Positions 43,380-56,619 of a DNA stretch of 64,000 nt are shown piece by piece. The notes under the pieces were generated by a model. It made no database searches, was not told where the DNA came from, and saw only the letters and a program-made list of their open reading frames with translations. The number at the start of each line of letters is the position of its first letter. The first letter of the stretch is position 1. This DNA is from Eledone cirrhosa (taxonomy: Eukaryota), in assembly GCA_964016885.1 (NCBI GenBank), contig OZ024743.1, positions 70,556,001 to 70,620,000 on the forward strand, read 5' to 3'. The translations under genes were made by a program, and so were the position numbers.

Positions 43380-43780
43380 CAAAACTACCACCACTACCAC
43401 TAGTATATCAACCAGGACTACCAACACCACCTAACCACTACTACCACTACCACTAGTATATCAACGAGGACTACCAACACCACCTAACCACTACTCTATC
43501 GGCCACGACTACCACCACCACCTTGCTACAGAGATCACATCACCACCACCACTACCACCACTACCTTGCTGCAGACATCACATCACCACCACCACTACCT
43601 TGCTGCAGACATCACATCACCACCACCAACACCACCTTGCTATAGACATCACATCACCACCACCACCATCAACTTGCTACAGACATCACATCACCACCAA
43701 CACCACCTTGCTACAGACATCACATCACCACCACCACCACCACCACCACCACCTTGCTTACTACAGACACATCATATCAC
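43380..43780. repeat. CAC-rich minisatellite (unit CACCTTGCTACAGACATCACATCACCACCAC...)
   Basis: About 7 tandem variants plus a 57-bp duplication at 43385-43495. Confidence 0.85.
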
Positions 43781-43955
43781 TACCTTACCATTGGTACACA
43801 ACCACAACCAGTTTGACTGTGCCCCAGTTTGTATACACTCTATTTAGCTACACGTTAGTAATCTCTCCGTGGACAGCTAAAATAGATGATGATTCCTTGA
43901 CGATGAATTAAGAAGACTAGGTGCTAGTCTTAATCGTCTTAGTGCTATCTAAGTA

Positions 43956-44520
43956 CCGGGAAGCTGAAAGTTCCTGGCTTAAAGGTATCGCGAAAGGTGG
44001 AGCTGTTACATTTACATGGAAGGTAGGAGCACTCGCCGGCGGCTCGCACGTCATTTTTTTTTCTCTCGTTTTCCGTCGGAAACAAAAACGGTGGGCTCGG
44101 AAGGCAAGCAGATGCAGTAAACGGCGTTCGATCACTTTTTGCGACGTTCGGTGCGTAGTGGACGCGAACAACACGGCTCCACGCCCGGGCCACCGTGGAG
44201 CGACATGGCTTCGGGCTTGTTGGTGCGTCGGTAGCTTCCTTCTTCTCCTCCTCTCCGAGGACGAGGGAGGTCACCGTGACGCGCGGCAGGCGTTCGGCCG
44301 GTGGCCAACGGTCAACTGGGAAGTGGTACGGACCGGGGTTATCCGACTGTCTAATTAAAACAGAGCATCGCGTAGCCGGCCGAGCCGCCTAGGCGCGATG
44401 TGATTTCTGCCCACTGTAACAACTGTGAATCTGAGAGGGGAATATGTTGAATAAAATCATAATTAACTGATCCACTTGTATTTTCTTTTGCCCACAGCCA
44501 GGAACTTTTCAGCTGCCCGG
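43956..44520. mobile_element. mariner-type MITE with CpG-rich interior
   Basis: TA|CCGGGAAGCTGAAAGTTCCTGGCT ... AGCCAGGAACTTTTCAGCTGCCCGG|TA: terminal inverted repeats and TA duplication. Confidence 0.8.
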
Positions 44521-44891
44521 TACACGCAGATAAAACATATGGTATAACCCACTCTTTCACAGGGATATATGGGTTTTGTATTGTTAAATATATGAAGTTT
44601 GTATCGCAACGAGTTTATTCTGTGTTCAGTCCCATTGTGTGGCTTGTGTGGTACCTTGGGCAAGGGTTTTTATTATAATCAAGGGTTGACTCATGCTTTG
44701 TAAGTGGAATTTGGTAGACTACACACAGATATACACACACACACACGTGTGTGTGTGTGTGTGTGTTTAATATAGATATGGCTTCTATAGGACCAGAACT
44801 ATTTCATTCGTATAGAATATTGATGTTTACTCTCTACTAATGTATTGTGGTTATCCTCAATTTAACTCGGTATCTAAACACACACACACAA

Positions 44892-44933
<42 letters not shown>

Positions 44934-45169
44934 TTCGTTTCTGAATTTGTTTAGCAAGATTCTTTATCTGAAAACGTGTGTTGAAACCGATATTGTTATA
45001 CTTTGGGAGGGTCATGTTGCCAATAAGAAACACATGCACCAGTTGCTTTCACTTCAATTTATTATAATAAATTTATAAATTTAGGAATTTATAAATTTAT
45101 TATAATAATTTGAAGTGAATGCAACTGGTGCGTGTGTTTCTTATTGGGAACATGACCCTCCCAAAGTAT

Positions 45170-45270
<101 letters not shown>

Positions 45271-45647
45271 TAAAAGGAATTCCAACTGTGTCTGATTTAC
45301 TCGTTTTATTTACAATCCTTTAAAATTATAATGATATTATAATGAAATAGTATGGTAGAATATTAAATGTTAAGTGCTAATTGAACAACTACTCTAATGC
45401 TTTCGCAAACTTCAGGTTCATATTCTGTGGTGACAGCCAAGTTTGCAATTTTCAACCATCACCCTTAAGCGTGCATTAAGATATATCAAAGCAAAGCTAG
45501 AAACAATCTGCCTTGAATGTAAGATAGTAAGATAACATAATTCGTACTGTATCTTATTGAAATTAATTTTGAAAAAATGTTTAATTTTGTCTCATTCATG
45601 ACACCCTTTACTTTGAATATAATATAATAATATATGTGTGTGTGTGC

Positions 45648-45786
<139 letters not shown>

Positions 45787-46401
45787 ACTATGTGCTTACA
45801 TTTGTATCTTACTGCGTTTATGTTTCATAACTTAGTGGTTAGTTAAGATCAGAGCGATAGAATAAGTACCCTACTTGAAAATATAATTATTTGGTGCGAT
45901 ATAATTTCGTATATGAATGTGGTATCCCAGCATGGCCGCAGTCTACTGACTGAAACATGTAAAATAATTTAAAAATTGAGTTATATTTCAAATGATCCCC
46001 CAAAGGAAAAAAACTATGTAATTGAAAGGTCTTGTTAGGATGTCACAACAAAACTTGATGAGAGCTACGTTAAGAGTACACGTGTTAGTGGACTGTTCAG
46101 TAAAGTACGTGAATTTCGCGAGCAGGTTGTTGCATTATTTAAAGAACTGGAACACTCATCGTCGTAACAGACAGAGGTTCAACACACAGACGCACACAGA
46201 CACATACGCACACATATATATAGACACACATATATATATACCACATATATATACGCACATATATATATATACACACACATGCGCACACATACATATACAC
46301 GCACACACACACTTACGCTCAACGCCAACTCACCCACATACTAATACATACAAACACACAATAGAGAAAAGTATAAAAGATTATGTTTTATTTCCCAATC
46401 A

Positions 46402-46720
46402 AGGTGGTGGTGGTGGTGGTGGTGGTGGTGGTGGTGGTGGTAACTGTGATGAGGTGGTGGTAGTGGTGGGGATGATGGTGATTGTGATGAAGTGGTGTTG
46501 GTGGTAGTGGTGGTGGTACTTGTGATGATGTCGAGGTGGTGGTGGTGGTGTTGGTGGTGGTGGTTGTGATGGTGCTGGTGGTGGTGCTGGTGGTAACTGT
46601 GATGAGGTCGTGTTGGTGGTGGTAGGGATGGTGGGAATTGTACTGAGGTGGTGGTGGTGGTGTTGGTGGTGGTGGTGTGGTGGTAACTGATGATGTGATG
46701 GTGGTGACGGTGGTGGTAAT
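46402..46720. repeat. (GGT)n-based cryptic repeat
   Basis: Triplet repeat with recurring GGTAACTGTGATGAGGT. Confidence 0.9.
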
Positions 46721-46878
46721 GTATGCAAGGTGGAAGGAAAACAACGTAAATCCGAAAGACAAACATGTCAGCTGTCTAAGACTTCTGCTTCTAAGGCAAC
46801 AGTTGCTATGGTAATACGGCTTTCTTAAAGCGGACTACGCTCCCGAGGGTAGGGATATGGGGCAACGGGGATTAGCAG

Positions 46879-46939
<61 letters not shown>

Positions 46940-47278
46940 AACACACACTCACACTCATGTATTAATACAGTGTGCAAACAACCAAAGGTAGTGAATTGGC
47001 AGAGTTGTTAGGACATAGACATTGGATAGAATACTTTGCTGTATCTGAGTTCGAATCCCACCGATGTCTACTTTGTTTTTCATTCTTTTGAGATCGATAA
47101 CTAAAATATCAATCGAACACTTGCGACCTTTATTCATTAGCCTTTCTTTCTGATTTTATCTCTTTTGCTCGCTGAATCTATCTGAATCTGTTCATATTAC
47201 CCACTCTATTACCCCCAAGTACCGAGTACTCTGGTGGGTTATGGTCCACCTGGTATTTTACCACACCCTATCTGATAG

Positions 47279-47309
<31 letters not shown>

Positions 47310-47919
47310 CAAAGTACAAAACAAAAATAATAAGAAGAGCAGTTACGAACAGAGTTGGTATTAGGTTCACGCTTGAGAGTGGGGGTGGGGGACGACGTTC
47401 GGTCATGAGCTCTTCATCAGGAGGAAGATGGGAAGAAAAAGAGTTCCGAGAGGGTGTGAAGGGAAAGTGGTGGAAAGACATTAAAATAAAGGGAGAAAAA
47501 AAATAGATATAAAGGATTGTGCCCAAGCGCAGAAATGCTATAAAGATATGTTATAAAATTGGGTGAAGACTCTCAAAAGACGGAAAATATTTTGCAAACG
47601 ACCACTATGAGGAATTGAATCCCGTATCTTCCAAATAACTTGTAGCCGCTATATGGAAAATATGGGGTTCAATTTCTTATTGGCCAACACTTTTTCCGTC
47701 TTTTAACGGTTTATATATATATATATACAGGAACGAGTAGGACCCCGGCGGCTGAGCTCAAGCCGTTTCGACGGCTAATTTGAGTCCAGAATTAGCCGTT
47801 GAAACGGCTTGAGCTGAGCCGTCGGGGTCCTACTCGTTCCTATTACCCACTCTACGACCCTAAGTATTGAGTACTTTGGTGCGTTATGGTCCACCTGGTT
47901 CCTTACCACATTTCCTTCG

Positions 47920-47973
<54 letters not shown>

Positions 47974-48230
47974 TCGATTTCATGTAAAAGTCAACTCTAG
48001 TATGGTTAATTGTTTTATTTGTTATTTTCTTAATTTTTTATTGTTTCTCTAAGACTTCTGATATTTTCTTTGAAACTAAAGTTTTTACATTGGCTCCTAA
48101 AGTACTACTGTGAGCCACTGAGGGGCCCACATGCCATGTGGCAGGCTGATTGCCTGGTCAATCTGCCACTGTATATAAGCACACATATATACGCAATATC
48201 TTTTTGTTTGTATGTATATGTGTGTTTGTT

Positions 48231-48329
<99 letters not shown>

Positions 48330-48375
48330 CTTAAAATGAGTGAGAATAAGAAGAAAGCAAGAACGGGGGGCGGGA

Positions 48376-48481
48376 GTTTTCCTCATCAGTTGTCTACTGG
48401 GCGTCTCGGATATTTCCACGCTTTAAAGACAAGATATCTACCCCTAAAGCGTTTAATAGCTGGGTAAGTTATTGGGAAAAC
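48376..48481 (-). ncRNA. Putative non-circularly-permuted hammerhead ribozyme (copy 3, most divergent), within a (TA)n-flanked element 48329-48535
   Basis: GUUUUCC..ACGCUUU..GAUA-UC^-UUGUCU..AAAGCGU-G-GAAA-UAUC..AGACAA-CUGAUGA-GGAAAAC. Confidence 0.7.
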
Positions 48482-48531
48482 GGAAGAGGGAAGGAGGGGA
48501 AATAGAAGGGAAAAGAGAATAAAAAAATATT

Positions 48532-48680
<149 letters not shown>

Positions 48681-48781
48681 AGGGCGACTGGCCGAGGTGA
48701 AGACGGCTAGTTGGTCAGTCGTCCTCTCTGTCTCTGATTTTTCGGACCCATGGTTTTTACATATTCTTTGTTATATTTCAA

Positions 48782-48839
48782 ATACCTGATGATATCACCC
48801 GATTCATATGGAACCCGGTCATTGAAATGATCATAGTAT
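48782..48839 (+). ncRNA. Minimal type I hammerhead (family I; element 48680-48890, second copy 63062-63220 -)
   Basis: AUAC CUGAUGA ... GAAA UGAUCA UA GUAU AAUAAA; palindromic stem III. Confidence 0.8.
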
Positions 48840-48878
48840 AATAAACCTTTCAAGGATTTACACCAGTCCAGCTCCCGT

Positions 48879-48967
<89 letters not shown>

Positions 48968-49512
48968 CGAGAGAGAGAGAGAGTTGTCTAATGTTTCCAT
49001 TGTTGTTGATGTTTATTATGTGGCTATTTGATTTGCATAGTTTCGAAGCTAGTCTCTCCATAATTTAACTAACAAACGGCTATTTTGGAATCACATTTTC
49101 AATACAGAACTGTCTTGAAATGATGCTACAGTAATCACTTAACCTCCCCACATACAAATTAAACACTTCACAGCCTAAGAAAATCATTGATTTTATTTTT
49201 TGTTTGTATTATTTGACACTCTCACCTACACACATATATACAGATATATAACAGTCTACATATTACGAAGGCTGCAGTCTGATGACCTCCGTTGTCCCCC
49301 ATACCATTCATATCAACAGATTGATGGCATATCCTTTTGAAGGATGTGTTCAAATTTAATTTATGGCTGATGCTAGATGGATTTGTTGGTAGGGCTGATT
49401 GTAGAATAATGGTTTGAGCTTATTTGAGTTCGTGGATAGAATGAGTTTAGCTTAAATTTGTTTACACCCTAGTTAATTCGTATATGGGCTTGCACACACA
49501 CATATATGTATG

Positions 49513-49604
<92 letters not shown>

Positions 49605-49640
49605 GACATTAGAATACAATAGGTGGGAAAATAATAGTAC

Positions 49641-49678
49641 CACTGATGATGTTGCAGATGTGCAACGAAAGAACTTTG
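49641..49678 (+). ncRNA. Minimal hammerhead, family C-related
   Basis: CA CUGAUGA U GUUGCA GAUG UGCAAC GAAA GAAC UU UG. Confidence 0.65.
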
Positions 49679-49871
49679 ATAGACTATATATATATATATT
49701 TATATCTGTATTTTTAAGCGTTGATCAATCAATGATAAACATTGATTACCAAATAAATTAACTATAGAGATATAAAAGATACAGAAGCGAGAACTAATCA
49801 AACAGTGAGTGTGTTCTGTTATTATTTCTGGCAATATTATTACAACAATATGACCCTCCCCAAGTAGAACA

Positions 49872-49902
<31 letters not shown>

Positions 49903-49934
49903 CATATTGCAAACTTGACTGTCACCACACAATG

Positions 49935-49973
49935 TGAACCTGAAGATTGCGAAAGCATGCAAGTACTTGTTCA
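49935..49973 (+). ncRNA. Decayed minimal hammerhead (family J; second copy ~45270-45450 -)
   Basis: UGAAC CUGAAGA U UGC GAAA GCA U GCAA GUAC UU GUUCA (core GAAA changed to GCAA). Confidence 0.55.
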
Positions 49974-50067
49974 ATTAACACTTAACATTTAATATTCTAC
50001 CATACTATTTTATTCTAATACCATTATAAATAAAACGAGTAAATCAGACAAAGTTGGAATTCCTTTT

Positions 50068-50250
50068 GGTGGATTGGCAGTATCAGTAGAGGGTCGGACG
50101 CCATACTTTCCAGCATAGTTACGTCCTTTTACGATCTGAGTTCAAATCCCGCCGAGGTTGACTTTGCCTTTCATCCTTATGGGGTCGATAAAATAAAGTA
50201 CCAGTAATGCACTGGTTAATTGCTGGCCTTGTGCCTAAAGTAGAAACAAT
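50068..50250 (+). mobile_element. SINE family 1 copy (diverged relatives at 46995-47110 and 53638-53800)
   Basis: Matches consensus. Confidence 0.87.
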
Positions 50251-50270
50251 TAATATAACACACCCGTGTA

Positions 50271-50350
<80 letters not shown>

Positions 50351-50351
<1 letters not shown>

Positions 50352-50985
50352 AATGCGATGAAATACCAATGATCGTTGGCAAATCACTGATGAGGGACTC
50401 GTTTTATAACATGTAATCCATGTGCAACCATGCAGTATTCTTCTCCCCATATTTTTCATATATTTACCTAAACTGCGTTTCTATGTTTCTCGCTTTCTCT
50501 CTTACTGCTCCCTCGTTCTCTCTGTTTCTCTTACTTTCTTTCGTCCCCTCTGTCATGTCAGTTAACACTTTCTCTCTACTGACCTCTTCCTCGCACTTCC
50601 ACTCACTCACTTTCTGTTTCTCCCCTTCTTACTTCCTCCCGTTCGCTACGAATCCGATTTTCCTTCTTTCTCACATCGGATTCACTAGCGAAAAGTCTGT
50701 TTCTTACACGCTCATGTATTCACCCAGTTTATGCTAACAGAATAACCATGTTGCTTGTTTTTCTTTCCATCTTCGGTTAGCTTTCCCCTGTGTTGTTTAC
50801 TTGTCTCACTCGCTTTACGCGTTTCAATTGTCCCAATAACTTATTTTAGTTATTGTCGCACCAACGTGAGGTATATGATTTTTAATGCGATTAAATACCA
50901 ATGATCGTTGGCAAATCATTGATGAGGGACTCATTTTATAACATGTAATCCATGTGCAACCATGCAGTATTCTTCTCCCCATATT

Positions 50986-50992
<7 letters not shown>
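50351..50992 (+). mobile_element. ~530 bp-unit element with ~110 bp terminal direct repeats and a rearranged hammerhead (copy 2, 50830-50930)
   Basis: 50351-50460 is repeated at 50883-50992; the upstream repeat has intact GAAA and CUGAUGA, the downstream one has UAAA and UUGAUGA; pyrimidine-rich body; (TA)n flanks. Confidence 0.82.
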
Positions 50993-51025
<33 letters not shown>

Positions 51026-51188
51026 CGTATCGAACTGTTAGGCGCATTTCGCGGTGGAATAGCTCAAGGTCACCATAGGAGTTCTGGACCCGACTCCAGT
51101 ATCGATCTGCTCCTCAGACTAGTGATGCGACGTCGATAGGCAGTAAATATTTTTCATATGTAAGCGTAACTTCCTTATGTTTTTCTAT

Positions 51189-51234
<46 letters not shown>

Positions 51235-51443
51235 TATTTCGTTTCTGAATTTGTTTAGCAAGATTCTTTATCTGAAATCGTGTGTTGAAACCGATATTGT
51301 TATACTTTGGGAGGGTCATGTTGCCAATAAGAAACACACGCACCAGTTGCTTTCACTTCAATTTATTATATATTTATAATAAATTGAAGTGAAAGCAACT
51401 GGTGCGTGTGTTTCTTATTGGCAACATGACCCTCCCAAAGTAT

Positions 51444-51482
<39 letters not shown>

Positions 51483-52132
51483 CTTTCGTCAAATCGGACC
51501 GAGGAAACAATATTTCCATTGGTCTTTCCAATTGCTAATACTATCTATCGGTCGCAACTCCAGGTAGAAAGAGCAATGTGAAATAAAGTATCTTGCTCAA
51601 TGACATAACGCATCGCCGGTCCGGGAATCGAACTCACAACCTCACGATTGTGAATCCAATTCTCTAACCACTCAGCCACGCGCCTCCACTGAGCAAGATA
51701 CATATATATATATACATACATATATACATACATACATACATACATACATACATACATACATACATACATGATGGCTGCCCCCTCGATATCGAGTATGGCC
51801 ATTGCACGATATAACATTAATAATTATTAATTAATGCTATCGTGCAATGCGTGTGCGTTAAGATTTTTTTTAAAGTGAGGAAAGACTGTGTACTGAGCCA
51901 ATCCCATTCTCTGAGCAACTGTAGTTATAACCCGAAAAGAAGAAAAGATCAACATCGCCTGTAACTACTGAGCCGCAGATTTTATGTCGGAGTTATCGCA
52001 GTTTCCTGAGTTGCCTTCTCCTAGAAGAATGCCCAGACAACGGCTAGGGGTACTTCACTCCCAGTCGTTTAACCGCGCGATCGGGTATCCAGCCCGATTA
52101 ATTCTATGTCCCCGCGCATATTCATACACATT

Positions 52133-52237
<105 letters not shown>

Positions 52238-52563
52238 ATGCATACATGTATATACATATTTACACATTTTGGGATGCCGTTGGCTCTTATGAGTTCTTCC
52301 ACCTTTTGTCAGGTTTTGTTTTTGTCCTGCAAACACCGGGGCTGATGCCCCGATGAAGGCCAGTCAAGCCTGAAATGCATAGACGGTTGTCCCCCTTGTT
52401 TCTGTTGAACACCACCAGAGGGCATTAGCCCCGGTGTTTGCATAGCTACGGCTTCCTAAGTGTTTCCTGTAAACATACCGTGTTTCTTTAGAAATACAAA
52501 ATTTCTATATATATTTCTATAAAGCCATGCTTGAAGCGAAATCCTATTTCTCCCCCCCCCCCC

Positions 52564-52619
<56 letters not shown>

Positions 52620-54278
52620 TTAGAGTATGTGTTAACTAATCACCGACAATTCAGTATGCAAGGTAAAGCACTCGATGAAGTACACAAGTTGGCCTGTTTA
52701 CCCAGGAGTATATTTATATACAGGAAGTACAAGTCGACAGTTTATAATTCACTTCATTTCGTTGATAAGTGCTGTAATATATATTCATGTGATAACCGTT
52801 ATGCAACAGTTATGACCTCATCAGACAGCTAGATGTTGAACAGAAAAACATAAATATGTAATAAAGCTTATGTTTGTTGTTTTGATTCATTGATATTCTC
52901 CAGACTGGTATTTGGTGTTGGTCTTTTAAAATCATATGGTATCGGTTCATAGAATACTTGATTTGGTAATTCACTGAATCACCTTTACTATCGACAGTTG
53001 ATCGACTTTCAACAAATCGGACCAAGGAAATAATGTTTACATTGCTCTTTCTAATTGCTAATGCTATCTATCGGTCGCAACTCCAGGTAGAAGGAATAAC
53101 GTGAAATAATGTATATTGTCCAAGGACATAACGTCTCACCCGGTACGGGAATTGAACTCATCACCTCACGATTGCGAATCCAATTCTCTAACCACTTGAA
53201 GGCGTACGGCTCACGATCATGATTTCGATTCCCAGTAGAACGTTATTCCCCGTTGCTCTATCGTTAACTCAGCTGGAAAAATTGGTTGTGTCAGTAATTT
53301 TAAAGGTAGTATTGTTACGGAATACGTCATGCTGAATCTCCCTGAAAATTTCGTTAAGTGTACAGGTATCTGTGGAGTAGTCATCCACTCACATGCTAAT
53401 TTCATGAGCAGGCTGTTCTATAGTTCGAACAACAATTGAAACACTCCCGGTTAGAACAGACGGAGATCCAGCATATATAAATTTTAAGCTGTAACTGACT
53501 TTTATGACCTTCGGCCTTTATAAGAAATTTATCTGATTATGTTGAGAAGTTTAGCAAATCTTGACGCGATATTCGTGCTAAATAGATTCCATATAGAAAC
53601 TAACGTGTTTATTCATATCACTATTAATTAGAGGCATGGCGGTGGATTGGCAGTATCAGTAGAACATCGGACAACATACTTTGTGGCATATAGTTACGAC
53701 CTTTTACGTCCTGAGTTCAAATACCGCCGAGGTTAGCTTTGCCTTTCATCTTTAAGAGGTCGATAACATAAATCACCAGTAACATACTGAGGTCGATTTA
53801 ATCGCCTCCCCCCCCCCTCCCAATGGGTGGGAGGCGGAAAGCCAAATATAACGACACAGTAGTTGACAGACAGATATTTCATTTTATCGACTCGAACCCC
53901 GTAAGATAAAGTAGCAGTCATGTAGTGGGGGCCATATTGGAGTAAACATAACCAGCCTCCAAATTGTTGACCTTTCCACCTACTTTAGAAACCACATATT
54001 TTATGACGTTTTTTTTTTTACACATTTCTATGTTAAGGCCCCTTCAGCTTTTCCTTTAACATTGATTAAGTTTCATGAAGAACATACTAGAATATTTCAC
54101 AATGTATTGCTAGTGAGAGGTGTCAAACGGCGTCCTCTTCACGATGGCCATTGTGATAATAAGGAAGATATAAAATACATAAGACAAATAAGTGTTGTAG
54201 GTTGTACAACATATAAAGTTCTTGTGGACTTTCTCACAAATATAATATATTTGAAAATATATATATCTGCATACATAA

Positions 54279-54382
<104 letters not shown>

Positions 54383-54669
54383 TGAGAGAGAGTGAGAGAG
54401 AGAGAGAGAGTGAGAGAGAGAGAGAGAGAGTGGAAAACGAAAAATCAGTGATGCATCGGAACTCAATTTATTGTGTGTTACAATTGTTTATCCCGGGTTC
54501 AATCAGGGGTAACCACAGTATGTAAGGTAATCAATACAAAGCAGAGTATAAATATTTAATAGAGAAAGGCTTCTACAGGACTAGAACTATTTCATTCGGT
54601 AGAAATCATCAGGAAGCCATATAAATATATATATATATATATATGTATACATACATACATACATACATA

Positions 54670-54767
54670 CATGATGGCTGCCCCCTCGTTATCGAGTATG
54701 GCCATTGCACGAGGAGAAAAAAAATAATAATAAATAAATAAAAGAGAAAATAAAAATAAAAAAAAAG

Positions 54768-54802
<35 letters not shown>

Positions 54803-56550
54803 CATACACACATACATACACATATAGACACACACACACACATATACACACACACATACATTAATAACAATAATAATAATAATAATAATAACGACAACAA
54901 CAATAATAATATACATATACATATATATATACACACACGCACACACATAAGCATATCTATACACACACACGATAGCAACTAACAGCGCTGCGATCGAATG
55001 TGGCTTTTTAGCCCAGCCAATGATCTAAAATGTCTTGCACAGAGTCGGCAACCAAAACATTCACTGGGAATAGTCGGCTGTGGTTGGAGTTCGTGTACTT
55101 TTGCATGTCGCTTGAGCCCTCCTGCTAATTTACATTCTCTACCACATGTTTGGCAAGCATGATGAGTAGCATCTCCAACAGCAGCCTGGTAGTCAACCAC
55201 TGGTCTTACTTTATGACTGCGAAGATGACTTTCGAGTCCAGTTTGCTTAGGCGGAGTCTCGCACAGACGCTGCATGTCAGCACCATAGGAGGACCCTCGC
55301 CGTCTGGAAGTGCAACAGCAATGCCCTTCCTCACATCCCGCTTTACTTTCTCGTATGCGATTCGAGATGCCTCAAAGGCAACTTTTCCCTCATATACAGT
55401 CTTTCTCCATTTATTACGATCAGCAGCAATATTTTCCCATGTATCAGCAGAGATGTTAGCGTCTTTCAGAGAGGCTTTCAAGGAATCCTTATACCTCTTT
55501 TTTGGTTTATGTGGCGGTCATTTTCCTTTAACCAACTCTCCATAAAAGAGTTGTTTTGGTATTCTAGAATCCTTCATCCTGGCAAGGTGACCACTCCAAC
55601 GGAGTCGTTGCTTAAGCACAAGAGCTTCTATACTGTCACACAGAGCTTTCCAAAATCTCGACATCACTGATGTGGTCCCTCCAGTGAACGCCATGGATCC
55701 GTCTGAGACACATCTGATGGAAACGCTCCAATTGCTTAAGGTGGTGTCGATATGTGACCCAGGTCTCGCAGGCATAAAGAAGACAAGAGAGCACACATGC
55801 CCTGTACACCTTTACCTTTGTCCTCCTGCATATGTCTCGCCGACCCCAGAGTCGCCTTTCTAGCTTTCCGAAAGCATCACTTGCTTTCCTAATCCTAAGT
55901 GAGATTTCACTGTCAAGGTTGCTGTTTCGATTGACAGTGCTTCCCAGGTAGACAAACTGATCAACCACTCCAAGTCGTTTGCCATACACATAGATGTTTG
56001 GTTCAGTGTACTGCTTACCAGGAGCAGGTTGGTACATGACGACGGTTTTCTTGAGACTGACAGTCAATCCTAGGGCAGTGCAAGCGTCAGAAAATGCATT
56101 CAAAATGTGCTGCATATCACTCTCTGTGTGCGCTACAAGATCGCAATCATCTGCATACAAGAGGTCTCTTATGATTGATGTAAATACTTTTGTCTTCGCA
56201 GCAAAGCGCCTGATGTTAAATATGCTGCCTGAGGTTCGATATCGGATGTAAACACCATGCTCGCAATTCCTGAATGCAATACAGAAAACCATTGCAAAGT
56301 ATATAGCAAACAGGGTCGGTGCTGGAATATCCCCCTGTTTCTCTCCATTTTTTACTGACATAGGCTCCGACATGTTACCTCCGACATTAACCCAAGCCTT
56401 CATGTCGTCATGGAAAGACCTAACTAAAGCAAGGAACTTATCAGGGCAACCAAGTTTCTGGAGAACCTTCCATAATGCATCTCTGTTAACAGTATCGAAA
56501 GCTTTTGTCAGATCGACAAAAACCTGATACAGATCCAAGCCTTGTTCCAT
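54670..56550 (-). mobile_element. 5'-truncated RTE (BovB-like) LINE with C-terminal C2H2 zinc fingers and (GTAT)n tail
   Basis: [57 protein letters not shown]; CQTCGREC..GLKRHAKVH and CRLCARHFRSLAGLKSH; 3'UTR split by microsatellites at 54713-54965. Confidence 0.9.
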
Positions 56551-56619
56551 GCATACATACATACATACATACATACATACATACATACATACATACATAC
56601 ATACATACATACATACATA

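Noticed and set aside
43789-44400. CpG-island promoter or first exon with a minus-strand donor G|GTAAGG at 43788
   Set aside because: The CpG-rich part lies inside a TIR-bounded MITE; the donor alone is insufficient evidence.
47380-47430. Hammerhead at CUGAUGAAGAGCUC (minus strand)
   Set aside because: No GAAA/UH/stem I combination could be closed.
47730-47921. Complete hammerhead in family A
   Set aside because: GAAA-CGGCU..AGCCG-UC is present, but all copies seen lack the CUGANGA half, so only a truncated motif is supportable.
51030-51125. Hammerhead-like CUGAGGA..GAAA (minus); similar partial motifs near 16700-16780, 29380-29445, 29815 and 59170-59230
   Set aside because: Core or stem I mismatches too numerous to support a call; may be decayed copies.
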